DNA from: Heterodontus francisci
Lineage: Eukaryota
Length of the DNA: 64,000 nucleotides
Direction of reading: 5' to 3'
Assembly: GCF_036365525.1 (NCBI RefSeq)
Contig: NC_090379.1
Span: 26,899,790 to 26,963,789 of the forward strand
Below, one piece after another: positions 37,656-49,640 of the stretch. How positions within the stretch are numbered: the stretch's first letter is position 1; the number at the start of each line of letters is the position of its first letter. The notes under the pieces are model-generated. The model did not search any database. It saw only the letters and a list, made by a program, of their open reading frames with translations, and was not told the origin of the DNA. The position numbers were made by a program, and so were the translations under genes.

Positions 37656-40600
37656 AAAAAGAGTCTTATCTTTAGTACTGACTTTTACTGAGAAACATAA
37701 TTACTAAGTAGTTAGACATTTGGTAAAACATTAACATGAGCTGTCTCAAAGTTACACTGCAGTACAGTATAACACTGAAAAATTATGATGCATGCCATCA
37801 TCTGAAAATTAAAATCTATCTTATGCTTCAAATTCTTCAGTGCATTATCCACATACACTAAACTTCCTTTTGGGACATGATAAATAAATATCATAATGAT
37901 GCTTGAATATTCAAAGCAAAATTCTTTGCTTTAGCAGTTAGCACTAATGTGAGTTTTAGATCAAATATCATTATTGCATTATAACAATGTTGTGAAGCTG
38001 CATAAATTATATGAAATCCTTCCAAAGGATATTGGTGGTACAGTGAGTCCACACTGTGTCCTTTTAGTCTTTGAGTCCTTGGTTTCATCTCTATCAAAAT
38101 GTTAGGATGTAAATCTGTCTCTGCTGCTTATGAGAGTCCGCAGGTGAAATAAGTATGGGCAATCCCTTTTCACGTTTATTGCTAATTTTCTCCAACAATT
38201 TTTTCTTCTCTCCTTCCTCCTACTGTGTTGGTTCCCTATATTTCCACAGGTACTGATGGCCCACAAATGGCTTGTCCTAGTGGTTGTTATTCATAACTGA
38301 GCTGGCAGACTCTTTGGCTGTGGAATGCATCAAACCGAGCATGATCATGTCTTTATCAGATGTCCACTGAAGAAGATCATTGGATAGCAATCAAGAGTGG
38401 AAATCCTAGCCAATTTTCTCCTCTCTAACTCAGGGTGCTGAGGACAATTATTGTGCTCTTCCTGGCCAGCACCTCACTTCTCTCCCGATTCTGTCCTGTT
38501 CCCCTGGGTGAGATCAGCTAATTCAGCATAAACCAGCGATCAAATCTGGAAATTTTCTAATTTGTATGATTCTGGCCACTGACTGGATAACCCACTTAGC
38601 CATAAGAGGAGTCTAAGTTTGGCCAATCTCGATCGTGCCCTATAAGCAAGCACTAAATTGTCAATGTCACAGAGGGCATCCATAAGGATAACTAATTTGG
38701 TGGAGTAAGAAATGCTCTTCTGAGGAATTACAGCATGTTTATAGGACAGGGTACAGCAAGTTTTAGTGTGAATCAAAGCATTGCTGTACCTGACCAGAAA
38801 ATGTTTCATGCTGACACTCTGTGCCAAAAGTGGAAAAAAATTCCATTCTCCAACATTGACATTCCTCATTGTCCTGGATGAGCAGTAAGAATATTCCATT
38901 CTGCATGGAGATAGGCACTCAGGGATTTGAGATGCAGAAACCCATGACATAAGGTTGAACAGCTTTGGTGCTTAAAGGTCTTATGGTTCTATGGTGTATG
39001 AAGCAATTTCAGAGCCAACATTAAATAGTTCAGAAATTAAATAATTTAGAAAATTAATCAAAAACCAATTTCCTTAATTTATTCATCTATAAATCTAGGT
39101 ATTTATTAATTTAGTAATTCACTCAAATTAAATCGGAAATCAATGTACTAATTAATAAATATGCATATTTGTAAATTAATTTCTAAATTAAAGAATTCAC
39201 AATTACAGCCCGTTCCCATCCTCATTATAATCTTTCAGTTATAAGTCTGTCTTTGTTATAAGACTACTGGAGCTTAACTCTCAATTTTTGTCATGTCAGA
39301 TTTTATGCTATGTTCGAGAATATTTACGATGGCATCATAACGTGAAAAATGCTTGACTCCCAAACTGCAAGGCATTCTGCCGGTGGTGACAGAATGCTGT
39401 CTAAGGCATTGCACAAAGTTCTGTTTCTCTAACTTTCTTTAAAAACTGACTCAGATGTTTCTTATGAAAGATGGGAACATAACATTCCTGTTTACAGCTG
39501 TTCCCAGACAGCAACAGTCATGAATTATTAAAGAAAAGAAAGAGTATCATATTTATCGACTAACGGGAACTTCCAACCAAATAATTCCATTTACATGGTG
39601 TATCTCAGTTTTCTCATAAAATGTATTTCTAAATTAAATGTATAATTAAGGTTGTGGTCCCCTTGTGAGCATGTAATGTACTGTAATGAAAGGAATTAGT
39701 CCAATGTTGGGGTTTACTACAGCTCCCCTTGATAGGATTGTTAATGTAACAATATAATCAGGGTATGTTATAAAAGTAATGGACTAATTAGTTTGTAGAG
39801 GTAATCTGCTGCAGCAGAGATTTGCAATACTTTTTCTCTCGTTGAAATCAACAGGAATTGTAAATATGTAAAATGTAAGGCAGTATGCAGCTTTGCTGCC
39901 CTCTTATTGCTTGTTCTGAGCAGGACAAATATTTTATCTTGAATTCGATAGTCTTTAAAGTTAGAACAATTGGAGTTTTTTTTTTATCTCAACTTTTAGC
40001 ACTGATTTGCTGTTGTCACAGAATCGCAGAATGCGATCTTCAAAACACTGTTAGAATTTCTAGGAACATGATAGAAATGGATTTTGATGAATTCAGGTAC
40101 TCTAAAATGGTGTCCCTGATTACAATGCTCTAGAAATGTTCATAAAATAAAGGTACTTGGGCTGGGTGCGGTTTGTGCTGACTTTGTATCCTCTTCTTTC
40201 TTACCTGCTTTGAGGACTCAACCCTTTTTGATGGTAGGTATTATCAGTCCTGCAAATAATTGACCCTATTGCCAAAAGATGTCAACTACAAGTTATTCCA
40301 ACTCATTTCTTGGGATGAACAGATCTGAGAACCAATAAATTGAAATGGTCCAGCCTGTTACATGAACAATGAAGGGTGCATTCATGCTACAATTTTAGTG
40401 CTTTTGTTATGAGGATTCCACTTCACTGTAGTGCTAAAATTGTAGTGAAAATCCACAGAAACAATATGAAATTCCCTGGAGCAGTCAATCTCACAACACA
40501 GGACAACTCCAGTGCAGCATCAAACAAAGATTTCAAAAGTACTTAGAGGGATCACCTTGGATCACCTGACTATTTTTAAAACCTCTCTGCAGTTAATTTA

Positions 40601-40980
40601 AATGTTTAGACAATGCTGATGCACGCCTATGCTCTCTAGATATTAACATGTTTGAAGAAGAGCTTGGTACATGGTCGTAATTGTTCATGCACAGAATTTT
40701 GTCCTGAGCAGAAGCAGAGCAGTTTAAGCTAGTTAGTGTAAACAGATACTTCTGGACTGGAAGGAATCTTAATTAAGACTGGCTGGTCAGTTATACTCAG
40801 GCTGGTTGCTGCAGTATAAAGCCAGGAAGAGTTTTCAACGTCAGTACTTTCAGTTTTTGGCATAACACCAAAGTCCTTGCAATACAGATTTAGACCATGT
40901 CCAACTGTCACATTACCTGCATAGTATGCAATTTAACCAAAAACTACCAAGTTGGTAATCTCATTTATTCTGTGTTGCAG

Positions 40981-41078
40981 CTGCCAGTGTTACAGTGGAA
41001 GAGATCATCACATCCTACAAATTAAGCTGCAAGAACCTTGGTGTGCAGCCCATTCACAAATTAGTGACACAACTGCAG
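40981..41078 (+). CDS. PPP1R37: PPP1R37-like second coding exon (98 nt)
   Basis: Acceptor ttattctgtgttgcag| and donor CAG|gtaagc. Phase matches exon 1, giving AASVTVEEIITSYKLSCKNLGVQPIHKLVTQLQ versus human AQNVTVDEVIGAYKQACQKLNCRQIPKLLRQLQ. Not in the ORF track because it has no start codon in this frame. Confidence 0.88.
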
Positions 41079-41497
41079 GTAAGCTCTGTGCAGATATACT
41101 AACCCACTTGACTTCTGCAATTTACCTTTTTCTCACGCAAAATAACATGTGATTGGCCTTCATGTGATTTTTACCAAGTGGAATTTTGTCATTATCCACA
41201 CAGATTTTTCCTGAAATTCATATCACCAGTTTTGAAGTAGTATCCCTTTGACGTCACGGTGAAGCAGGATTTTTTCTTTGGCTGTGTATTATGAAATAAA
41301 TTGGAGAAGGTTTTTTTTAAGCAACCCATTAATTTTTGTATCCCACTTTCTGCCTGCTGCTTTCTTTGAGCATTGCACTTGCAGATGAGGACAGGAAAGT
41401 GACCTGCTCAGATTAAGAATCTTATAAACCTGGGTTCTATTAAACCATTTCATGACCTACTGAACATTGCAAACTCAAAAATAGCTCAAGTTGCCCT

Positions 41498-41695
41498 TGT
41501 GACGAAACCAGACCTGCCAAATGGAAACATATCAATTTTGTCACATGGAACACTATTTGAACTTTTACTGGACATTGAACATTACTTGTTTAAAAAGACC
41601 ACAGAGTGAATGGCTGAAAACATGGCTGCACATTTGCATTCTGAAAGACAGTTGCATAGAGAGACAATGGGAGTGCTCCCTGATTCAATTAGCCA
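41498..41695 (+). mobile_element. LTR fragment (family L2)
   Basis: TGTGACG..tgccaaatggaa..aattttgtca.atggaacac matches the reverse complement of the 18182 end. Confidence 0.65.
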
Positions 41696-41854
41696 GATGG
41701 TTATTGTTGATAGTGGGGGATTCAGTAATCGTAATACCATTGAATGTCAAGGGGAGACATTTGCTCCATAACCTTCGGGGCAGTTATTCTCAGTGACCAT
41801 CTGTCCTGTCAACACCTTGCCATTTGTTATCTCTTGTCCCACCCCAGCTTTATT

Positions 41855-43611
41855 TATTTTTTTTATTCATTCATGGGATGTGGGTGACGCTGGCCAGGCC
41901 AGCATTTATTGCCCATCCCTAATTGCCCTTGAGAAGGTGGTGGTGAGCTGCCTTCTTGAACCGCTGCAGTCCATTTGGGGGAGGTACACCCACAGTGCTG
42001 TTAGGAAGGGAGTTCCAGGATTTTGACCCAGCGACAGTGAAGGAACGGCGATATAGTTCCAAGTCAGGATGGTGTGTGACTTGGAGGGGAACTTGCAGGT
42101 GGTGGTGTTCCCAAGTATTTGCTGCCCTTGTCCTTCTAGTTGGTAGAGGTCGTGGGTTTGGAAGGTGCTGTCTAAGGAGCCTTGGTGCATTGCTGAAGTG
42201 CATCTTGTAGATGGTACACACTGCTGCCACTGTGTGTTGGTGGTGGAGGGAGTGAATGTTTGTAGATGGGGTGCCACTCAAGCGGGCTGCTCTGTCCTGG
42301 ATGGTGTTGAACTTCTTGAGTGTTGTTGGAGTTGCACCCATCCAGGCAAGTGGAGAGTATTCCATCACACTCCTGACTTGTGCCTTGTAGATGGTGGACA
42401 GGCTTTGGGGAGTCAGGAGGTGAGTTCCTAGCCTCTGACCTGCTCTTGTAGCCATGGTATTTATATGGCTACTCCAGTTCAGTTTCTGGTCAATGGTAAC
42501 CCCTAGGATGTTGATAGTGGGGGATTCAGTGATGGTAATGCTGTTGAATGTCAAGGGGAGATGGTTAGATTCTCTCTTGTTGGAGATGGTCATTGCCTGG
42601 CACTTGTGTGGCGCGAATGTTACTTGTCACTTATCAGCCCAACCCTGGATAGTGTCTGGGTCTTGCTGCATTTCTACATGAACTGCTTCAGTATCTGAGG
42701 AGTTGCGAATGGTGCTGAACATTGTGCAATCATCAGCAAACATCCCCACTTTGACCTTATGATGGAGGAAACAGCTGGAGATGATTGGGCCAAGGGCACT
42801 ATCCTGAGGAACTCCTGCTGTGATGTCCTGGAGCTCAGATGATTGACCTCCAACAACCACAACCATCTTTCTTTGTGCTAGGTATGACTCCAACCAGCAG
42901 AGGGTTTTCCCCCTGATTCCCATTGACCTCATTTTTGTTAGGGCTCCTTGATGCCATACTCAGTCAAATGCTGCCTTGATGTCAAAGGCAGTCACTCTCA
43001 CCTCACCTCTTGAGTTCAGCCCTTTTGTCCATGTTTGAACCAAGGCTGTAATGAGGTCAGGAGCTGAGTGGCCCTGGCGGAACCCAAACTGAGCATCACC
43101 GAGCAGGTTATTGCTAAGCAAGTGCTGCTTGATGGCACTGTTGATGACACCTTCCATCACTTTACTGATGATAGAAAGTAGGCTGATGGGGCGGTAATTG
43201 GCCGAGTTGGATTTGTCCTGCTTTTTGTGTACAGGACATACCTGGGCAATTTTCCACATTGCAGGGTAGATGCCAGTGTTGTAGCTGTACTGGAACAGCT
43301 TGACTAGGGGCGCGGCAAGTTCTGGAGCACAGGTCTTCAGTACTATTGCCGGAATATTGTCAGGGCCCGTAGCTTTTGCAGTATCCAGTGCCTTCAGCCG
43401 TTTCTTGATATCACGGGGAGTGAATCGAATTGGCTGAAGTCTGGCATCTGTGATGCTGGGAACTTCAGGAGGAGGCCGAGATGGATCATCAACTCAGCAC
43501 TTCTGGCTGAAGATTGTTGCAAATGCTTCAACTTTATCTTTCGCACTGATGTGCTGGGCTCCCCTATCATTGAGGATGGGGATGTTTGTGGAGCCACCTC
43601 CTCCAGTTAGT
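41855..43611 (-). mobile_element. LINE family A, ~1.75-kb 3' part
   Basis: ORFs 42960-43259 (WKIAQVCPVHKKQDKSN..QFGFR..DIKAAFD), 42627-42932 and 41919-42593. Confidence 0.9.
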
Positions 43612-43732
43612 AAAAGCAAAATACTGCGGATGCTGGAAATCTGAAACAAAAACAAGAAATGCCGGATTCACTCAGCAGGTCTGGCAGCATCTGTGGAAAG
43701 AGAAGCAGAGTTAACGTTTCGGGTCAGTGACC
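43611..43732 (-). mobile_element. Short Penelope-type repeat (partial hammerhead)
   Basis: Minus strand reads ggtcactgacccgaaacgttaactctgcttctc...gatgctgccagacctgctgag. Confidence 0.75.
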
Positions 43733-43934
43733 AGGTAGTCATTCATTGTTTGTAAATCTGGTGTCTTAGTTGTGTGCACTGAGAAGCTACACTTTTGTTA
43801 GGGCAGAAGGACTTAGAGATTTCAAGACAGGAGGAGGGAGTCATGGAGGGGAGAAGCACTTGCTCAGCCCCTCGTTTTTCAAATCCATCACTACAAGTCC
43901 TCCTTCAGGTGGTTGAGGAGAGGCGTCCTGTTCA

Positions 43935-45085
43935 ACCCACACATTCATCCTGACTATTCTTTCATTTCTACTCTGACTATCACGTGGCACTGGTAGCAAT
44001 CCTGAGGTTACTACCTCTGAGGTCCTACTTTTTAACTTGGCTCCTAACTCCCTAAATTCTGCTTGTAGGACCTCATCCCGTTTTTTACCTATATCATTGG
44101 TGCCTATGTGCACAATGACAACTGGCTGTTCACCCTCCCCCTTCAGAATGTTCTGCAGCCAATCTGAGATATCCCTGACCCGTGCACCTGGGAGGCAACA
44201 TACCATTCGGGAGTCTCGTTTTCGACCACAGAACCGTCTATCTACTCCCCTTACAATCGAATCCCCGATGACTATAGCCCTTCCACTCTTTTTCCCGCCC
44301 TTCCGAACAGCAGAGCCAGCCACATTGCCATGAACCTGGCAACTGCTGCCTTCCCCTGGTGAGCCATCTCCCTCAACAGTATCCAAAATGGTATACTTGT
44401 TTTGGAGGGAGATGACCACAGGGGACTCCTGCGCTGCCTTCCTGCTCTTCCTCTGCCTTTTGGTCACCCATTCCCTTTCTCCCTCAGCAATCCTAATCTG
44501 CGGTGTGACCAATTCGCTAAACGTGCTATCCACGACCTCCTCAGCATCGCGCATGCTCCAAAGTGAGTCCATCCGCAGCTCCAGAGCCGTCATGCAGTCT
44601 AACAAGAGCTGCAGCTGGACACACTTCCTGCACGTGAAGGAGTCAGGGACATCAGCCGTGTCCCTGAGCTCTCACATTGAGCAAGAGGAGCATGACACGG
44701 GTCTGAGATCTCCTGCCATTTTTAATCTTAAGCTTAACTTAGTTAAATGAAAAACGAACGAAAAGTTTTTACCAATCACACGATAAAAAAAAGAGAAATA
44801 GAAAAAGCCTTACCTTATCTACATACCACCGAGTCCTTTTTTTTTGGTTAGAGGAGGAGGGTGGGTGGGAGACACTACCCGTGTAATGTCTCGGGTTCAG
44901 AAACGGCCCAAATATATAAGGTTTTACTTACCCAGCAGCTCCCTGGTCTCCGCCAAAAACAAAAGGAAATTAAGTTTACTTTGAAACTGACCTTCCCAGC
45001 TGATCACTCGCTCGCACTCTCTGCTCCCGAATAAGCTTCCCAGCTGATCACTCGCTCGCACTCTCTGCTCCCGAATAAGCTGCTG
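43935..45085 (-). mobile_element. CR1 LINE 5' end: 5'UTR plus ORF1 (zinc finger, SGNH esterase), 3'-truncated
   Basis: ATG at 44719 gives MAGDLRPVSCSSCSM*...CRKC. ORF 43841-44605 has VIGDSIVR, CLPGARV and HIGTND esterase blocks. One stop in the zinc finger. Confidence 0.85.
44992..45079. repeat. Perfect 44-bp tandem duplication
   Basis: cttcccagctgatcactcgctcgcactctctgctcccgaataag x2 at the CR1 5' extremity. Confidence 0.95.
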
Positions 45086-45335
45086 CAATGACTTTTCTCA
45101 AGTCAAATCCAACATTGTTGCTCAACAAAAGTAGTTCAACATATGAGGTCACACACTTGGGTTGCGTTCCTCGTGATGTAAAGGATTGCATCGTCTCATT
45201 CTCTCTCCCTGTGAAGGTGAGTGAATTTGCCCTTTCAGAGCCTCACAATTAGTCTTGTCATACGGTAATCCCAATTGTGCGAAAATTTACAGACTCTCAA
45301 TGGAAACGTCTGCCTTTTAAAGACACCCTGGTCTC

Positions 45336-46532
45336 TCAAGCAGTTACAGCCAAATTACATTCAGCTTCTTCTCCATGACCATCAATTGAGTGATGTCCAG
45401 CTTCATCATCAGAAACATCATCGTCATCTGATGACACATCGCGCTGACATTGATCCTCCTCCAGTGCCTCTCCATTTTCAATTGCCAGGTTATGCAAGGC
45501 ACAGACGACAATTATTCTTGAAACCCTTGAAGGTGCGTACTGCTGTGCTCCACCTGAGCGGTCAAGACGCCGAAACTTCATCTTAAGCAGGCCTATAGTT
45601 TGTTCGATGGTCACTCTGGTGGCCGCATGGCTCTCATTGTATCGTTCCTACGCATGACCCCTTGGATTCCTCACTGGTGTCATGAGCCATGTCTTCAGAG
45701 GATAACCCCTGTCGCAAAGTATCCAATTCTCCATTCCATCTGGGGGGCTGAAAAGTGTAGGTACCTGGGAGTTTCGGAGAATGAAGGCATCATGACAACT
45801 CCCAGAGTAACGTGCACACACCTGCATGATTCTCTTACGATGATCACAGACGAGCTGAACCTTCATTGAATGGTATCCCTTGTGGTTAATCAATGCCCCC
45901 GACTGACCTGCTGGGGCTCTAAAGACCACATGAGTACAGTCGATCATGCCCTGTACCATTGGAAACCCAGATATAGTGCTGAAGCCTCTGCTCTCTCAGC
46001 CTCACAAGTGTTGTCCGCCTTGAACATGATGAATTGGTGAGCACATTGGAACAATGCATCAGTCACAACCTTGATGCAGTGGTGCGCTGCTGCTTGTGAG
46101 ACTCCGCACAAGTCTGCTGCTGAGGCTTGGAATGAGCCAGATGCATAGAAGTTAAGAGCTATTGTAACCTTTAGAGCGACCGGCATTGGATGGCCTCTGA
46201 TACAGTTTGAGGAAACATCCACTGCCAACATCTCACAAATAATTGTGACAGTCTCCCGTGACAGCCTCAGTCTTCTTCTGCACTGGCGCTCTGACAGCTT
46301 CAGGTAGCTCAGACGTGGCCGGTATGCCCTTCCTGCTGGCACGTATCCTGACATGTGTTCGCTCCCGGGTGACTCTGCCACCTGCTCTCCCTCCCACATC
46401 ACAATAGTGCACTGGGTCAGCTTGTTGCATGTTCCCCTGCCCATTTGTCCTTCTGTCCCTCATAGGGGCAAGGTCCTCCTCATCTGATGATCCATCTCCA
46501 CATTGAACAATTCCGCTTGCTGTACTACTCAC
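45336..46532 (-). pseudogene. PIF/Harbinger (HARBI1-like) DDE transposase, frameshifted
   Basis: RLRLSRET, ALNFYASGSFQ, GMIDCTHV, NHKGYHS..VQLVCD, GSCHDAFIL, DRGYPL..WLMTP and IEQTIGLLKMKFR across ORFs in different frames. Terminal GGTAAAATTCCGGCC at 47048-47062. Confidence 0.9.
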
Positions 46533-47289
46533 CAGATGCTCTGACCACAGGTATTAGCTTCCAGCAGTTAGGACTGGCTCACGAGATCCCCTTCCTTTCA
46601 CCACATAAATCAAAGTTGATGGGTCCCCATCAGCAGTGCAGAACATTCAGATGAATCCTTTAGCACTAGTTGCAAGTCACACACCTTGTCAGGATATACA
46701 AATAGCATTAGAATTATTTCAGAGTAAAACTGAAAATTGTACTTCCAACTCCCTCCTGAATCAATGCCTGCCGCCCTTATGAACCTGCCGGCTGGCTGAC
46801 ACGCCCCAAGAGCCGATTTACTGACGTTAAATCAGACCTCAGACGTAAAATTGTAGTCAATTGCTTTGTAAACGACCTCAATTACCTTTCAATTACTTGT
46901 AGTCGGGCGGTGAGCGCAGACTCGCTCATGCCGGACTTCCGACATTGGTAAAATGACGTCTGCGCGTAATGACGCCGGGGACATGGCCCGGCGTCATCGC
47001 GCTTCATTTTAACATCTGGACACCTCCGAAGAGACACGTTTAATGCTGGTAAAATTCCGGCCGTTAACTCTGCTTCTCTCTCCATAGATGCTGCCAGACC
47101 TGCTGAGTATTTCCAGCATTTCTTGTTTTTATCCCTTTCTCACTAAGACTGTCTGTTTCTAAATTTTGTAACATTTCCTACCTTCAGTTCCAATGAAGAG
47201 AACTCCCCTTTCTTTGGTCAGCGCCCTGGGGTCTTCAACATGCTGAACAAGCAAGCAGGGACTTTGGGTTGAACATTTTGAACAAACGG

Positions 47290-47800
47290 AAGAATGTGAA
47301 GGCATTAGAGAGAGTGCAGAAAAGATTTACAAGAATGGTTCCAGGGATGAGAAACTTCAGTTACGTGGATAGAATGGAGAAGTTAGGGCTGTTCTTCTTG
47401 GAGAAGAGAAGATTAAGAGGAGGTTTGATTGAGGTGTTCAAATTCATAAGGGGTCTGGACACAGTAGATAGGGAGAAACTGTTCCCATGGCAGAAGGGTT
47501 GAGAACCAGAGGACACCGATTTAAGGTGATTGGCAAAATTGGCAACGGCGACATGAGGAAAACCTTTTTCACGCAACAAGTGGTTAGGATCTGGAATGCA
47601 CTGCCTAATCGGGATGGTGGAGGCAAATTCAATCGAGGCTTTCAAAAGAGAATTGGTTAATTATCTGAAGAGAGATAATTTGCAGGGCTACGGGGAAAAG
47701 GCAGGGTGTGGAACTAGCTGAGTTGCTCTTGCAGAGTGCCAGCATGGACACGATGGGCCGAATGGCCTCCTTCTATGGCGTAACCATTCTATGATTCTAC
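47290..47800 (+). mobile_element. CR1 3' fragment
   Basis: ALERVQKRFTRMVPGM..LGLFFLEKRRLRG and ttctatgattcta tail. Confidence 0.85.
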
Positions 47801-48316
47801 AAGAACATTGGGATTAACACCCTAACAAAAACATTGATCAAGGACACCACATGAATTTTTAAGCACATCACTGCTCCCCCCAATCACCACTGCAAACCCC
47901 GCCCCCCGACCCTCCCAAACTTGAATTCCTCATCAAGGAACCGTCTGGGTTTACCGTTCAATTTATACCTAGGAGTTAATGATGCCTAAATTTGGCTTGA
48001 TGAACTGCTTTACATCATCCAGTTCAGATATTAGAATGTATACTGCCAACCTTTCATCAGGATCTGTACAAGAATGAATTAACTCTTTCTTGCCAACTAT
48101 CAAAGAAGTCAATAAAGTTATGAACTAACAATTATCTATTAACCTTCGAATTATAGTTAACAGCAATTATAATTAAGCATTGAGCGTGTAAATAATTAAA
48201 TAAGGTTAATTGACAAAATAAATAATGTCGGTTACAAAGGGTGTTCAGTTATGCCACAGTAATTCAGCATTAATTGCTTGCTGATTATGAATTTGCAATC
48301 GAGATCAGTGTCTGAG

Positions 48317-48363
48317 ATTGATTTAAGTTGTTGAAATTGATTTAAGTTGGTGAAATTGATTTA
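48317..48363. repeat. 19-bp tandem repeat (~2.5 copies)
   Basis: attgatttaagttg(t/g)tgaa repeated. Confidence 0.85.
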
Positions 48364-49004
48364 GGATTAGATTCCTTATAGAGCTGACAAGTTAGCAGCA
48401 TTAGATAGCTAGTTTATTTAATGGATTAAAGTTTATATCCTTGTAGTTAGCAATATTTCTGGAATTTATACAACCTCATCCTTATGAGCTGCATGGATGA
48501 ATTAATTGAATCAGCTTCCTCTGGGAGGATAGTTTTAGCCTTCTGAGACATCAAAATAACAAATTTCTTTAGAGCTGCTATTCATTCTTCCTGGGTCCTC
48601 CACTCCCTTGATCTCTGGAAAACCTGTACATCTAAGTAACATACTTATATCTTCCTATATCTGCTGGTATAACTGTACAATTTTACCTTCTCTCGCCATC
48701 AGAAATGCACTTCCCAATTTTACAGAGACACCTTCCAACTAGATAAAGAACTTTTACTACAAAGACTACTAAATAGAACTAGAACTAAACTAAGAACTAA
48801 GGACTGAAAACAAAAGACAGAACTACGAACTGAATTTTAGTGTTAAAACACTATCTTACATATCCTTCATTTCCAAAGAAATCCCCTCTGTTCCATCGAC
48901 CAAGCTGAGTGACGTGTGTTAGAAGAGTTCACCACCTTTCACAGCTGAGTTAGTACCTTTGATGGCTTCCAAACCAATGAAGAACTGGCACCTGAACATG
49001 TCAA

Positions 49005-49640
49005 CATAAGAACGTAAGAACATCAGAAATAGGAGCAGGAGTAGGCCATTCAGCCCTTCGAACCCACTCGCCATTCAATGAGATCATGGCTGACCTTCTA
49101 CTTCAACACCATTTTCCTGCACTATCCCCATAACGCTTGATGTTTTTAATATGCAGAAATCTACTGATCTCAGTCTTGAATATATTCAACGATTGAACCT
49201 CCACAGCTCTCAGAGAATTCCAAAGACTTACCATCCTCTGAGTGAAGAAATTCCTCCTCATTTCAGTCCTAAACGGCCTGCCCCTTATTCTGAGACCGTC
49301 CCCTGGTTCTGGACTCCTCCAGCCAAGGGAAACATCCTTCCTGCATCAACCCTGTCGAGCCCTGTAAGAATTTTGTATGTTTGAATGGAATCACCTCTCA
49401 TTCTTCTAAACTCCAGAGAATAAAGGCCCAGTCTATTTAATCTTTCCTCAGAGGACAATGCCTCCATCCCAGGAATTAGTCTGGTGAACCTTTGTTGCAC
49501 TGTCTCTTTGGCAAGTATATCTTTCATTAGGTAAGGAGACCAAAACTGCGCACAATACTCCAGGTGCGGTCTAAACAAGCTCTATATAATTGCAGCTTTA
49601 CTTCTATATTTAAATCCTCTTGTAATGAAGGCCAACATAT
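49005..49640 (-). mobile_element. CR1 3' fragment
   Basis: ORF 49285-49578 (RPHLEYCAQFWSP...VQQRFTRLIPGM). Confidence 0.85.

Noticed and set aside
43841-44605. Host GDSL/SGNH lipase gene
   Set aside because: Zinc finger plus esterase behind a CR1 5'UTR is the standard CR1 ORF1, and it is truncated here.
45336-46532. Domesticated host HARBI1 gene
   Set aside because: Frameshifted, intronless and adjacent to a transposon terminus.
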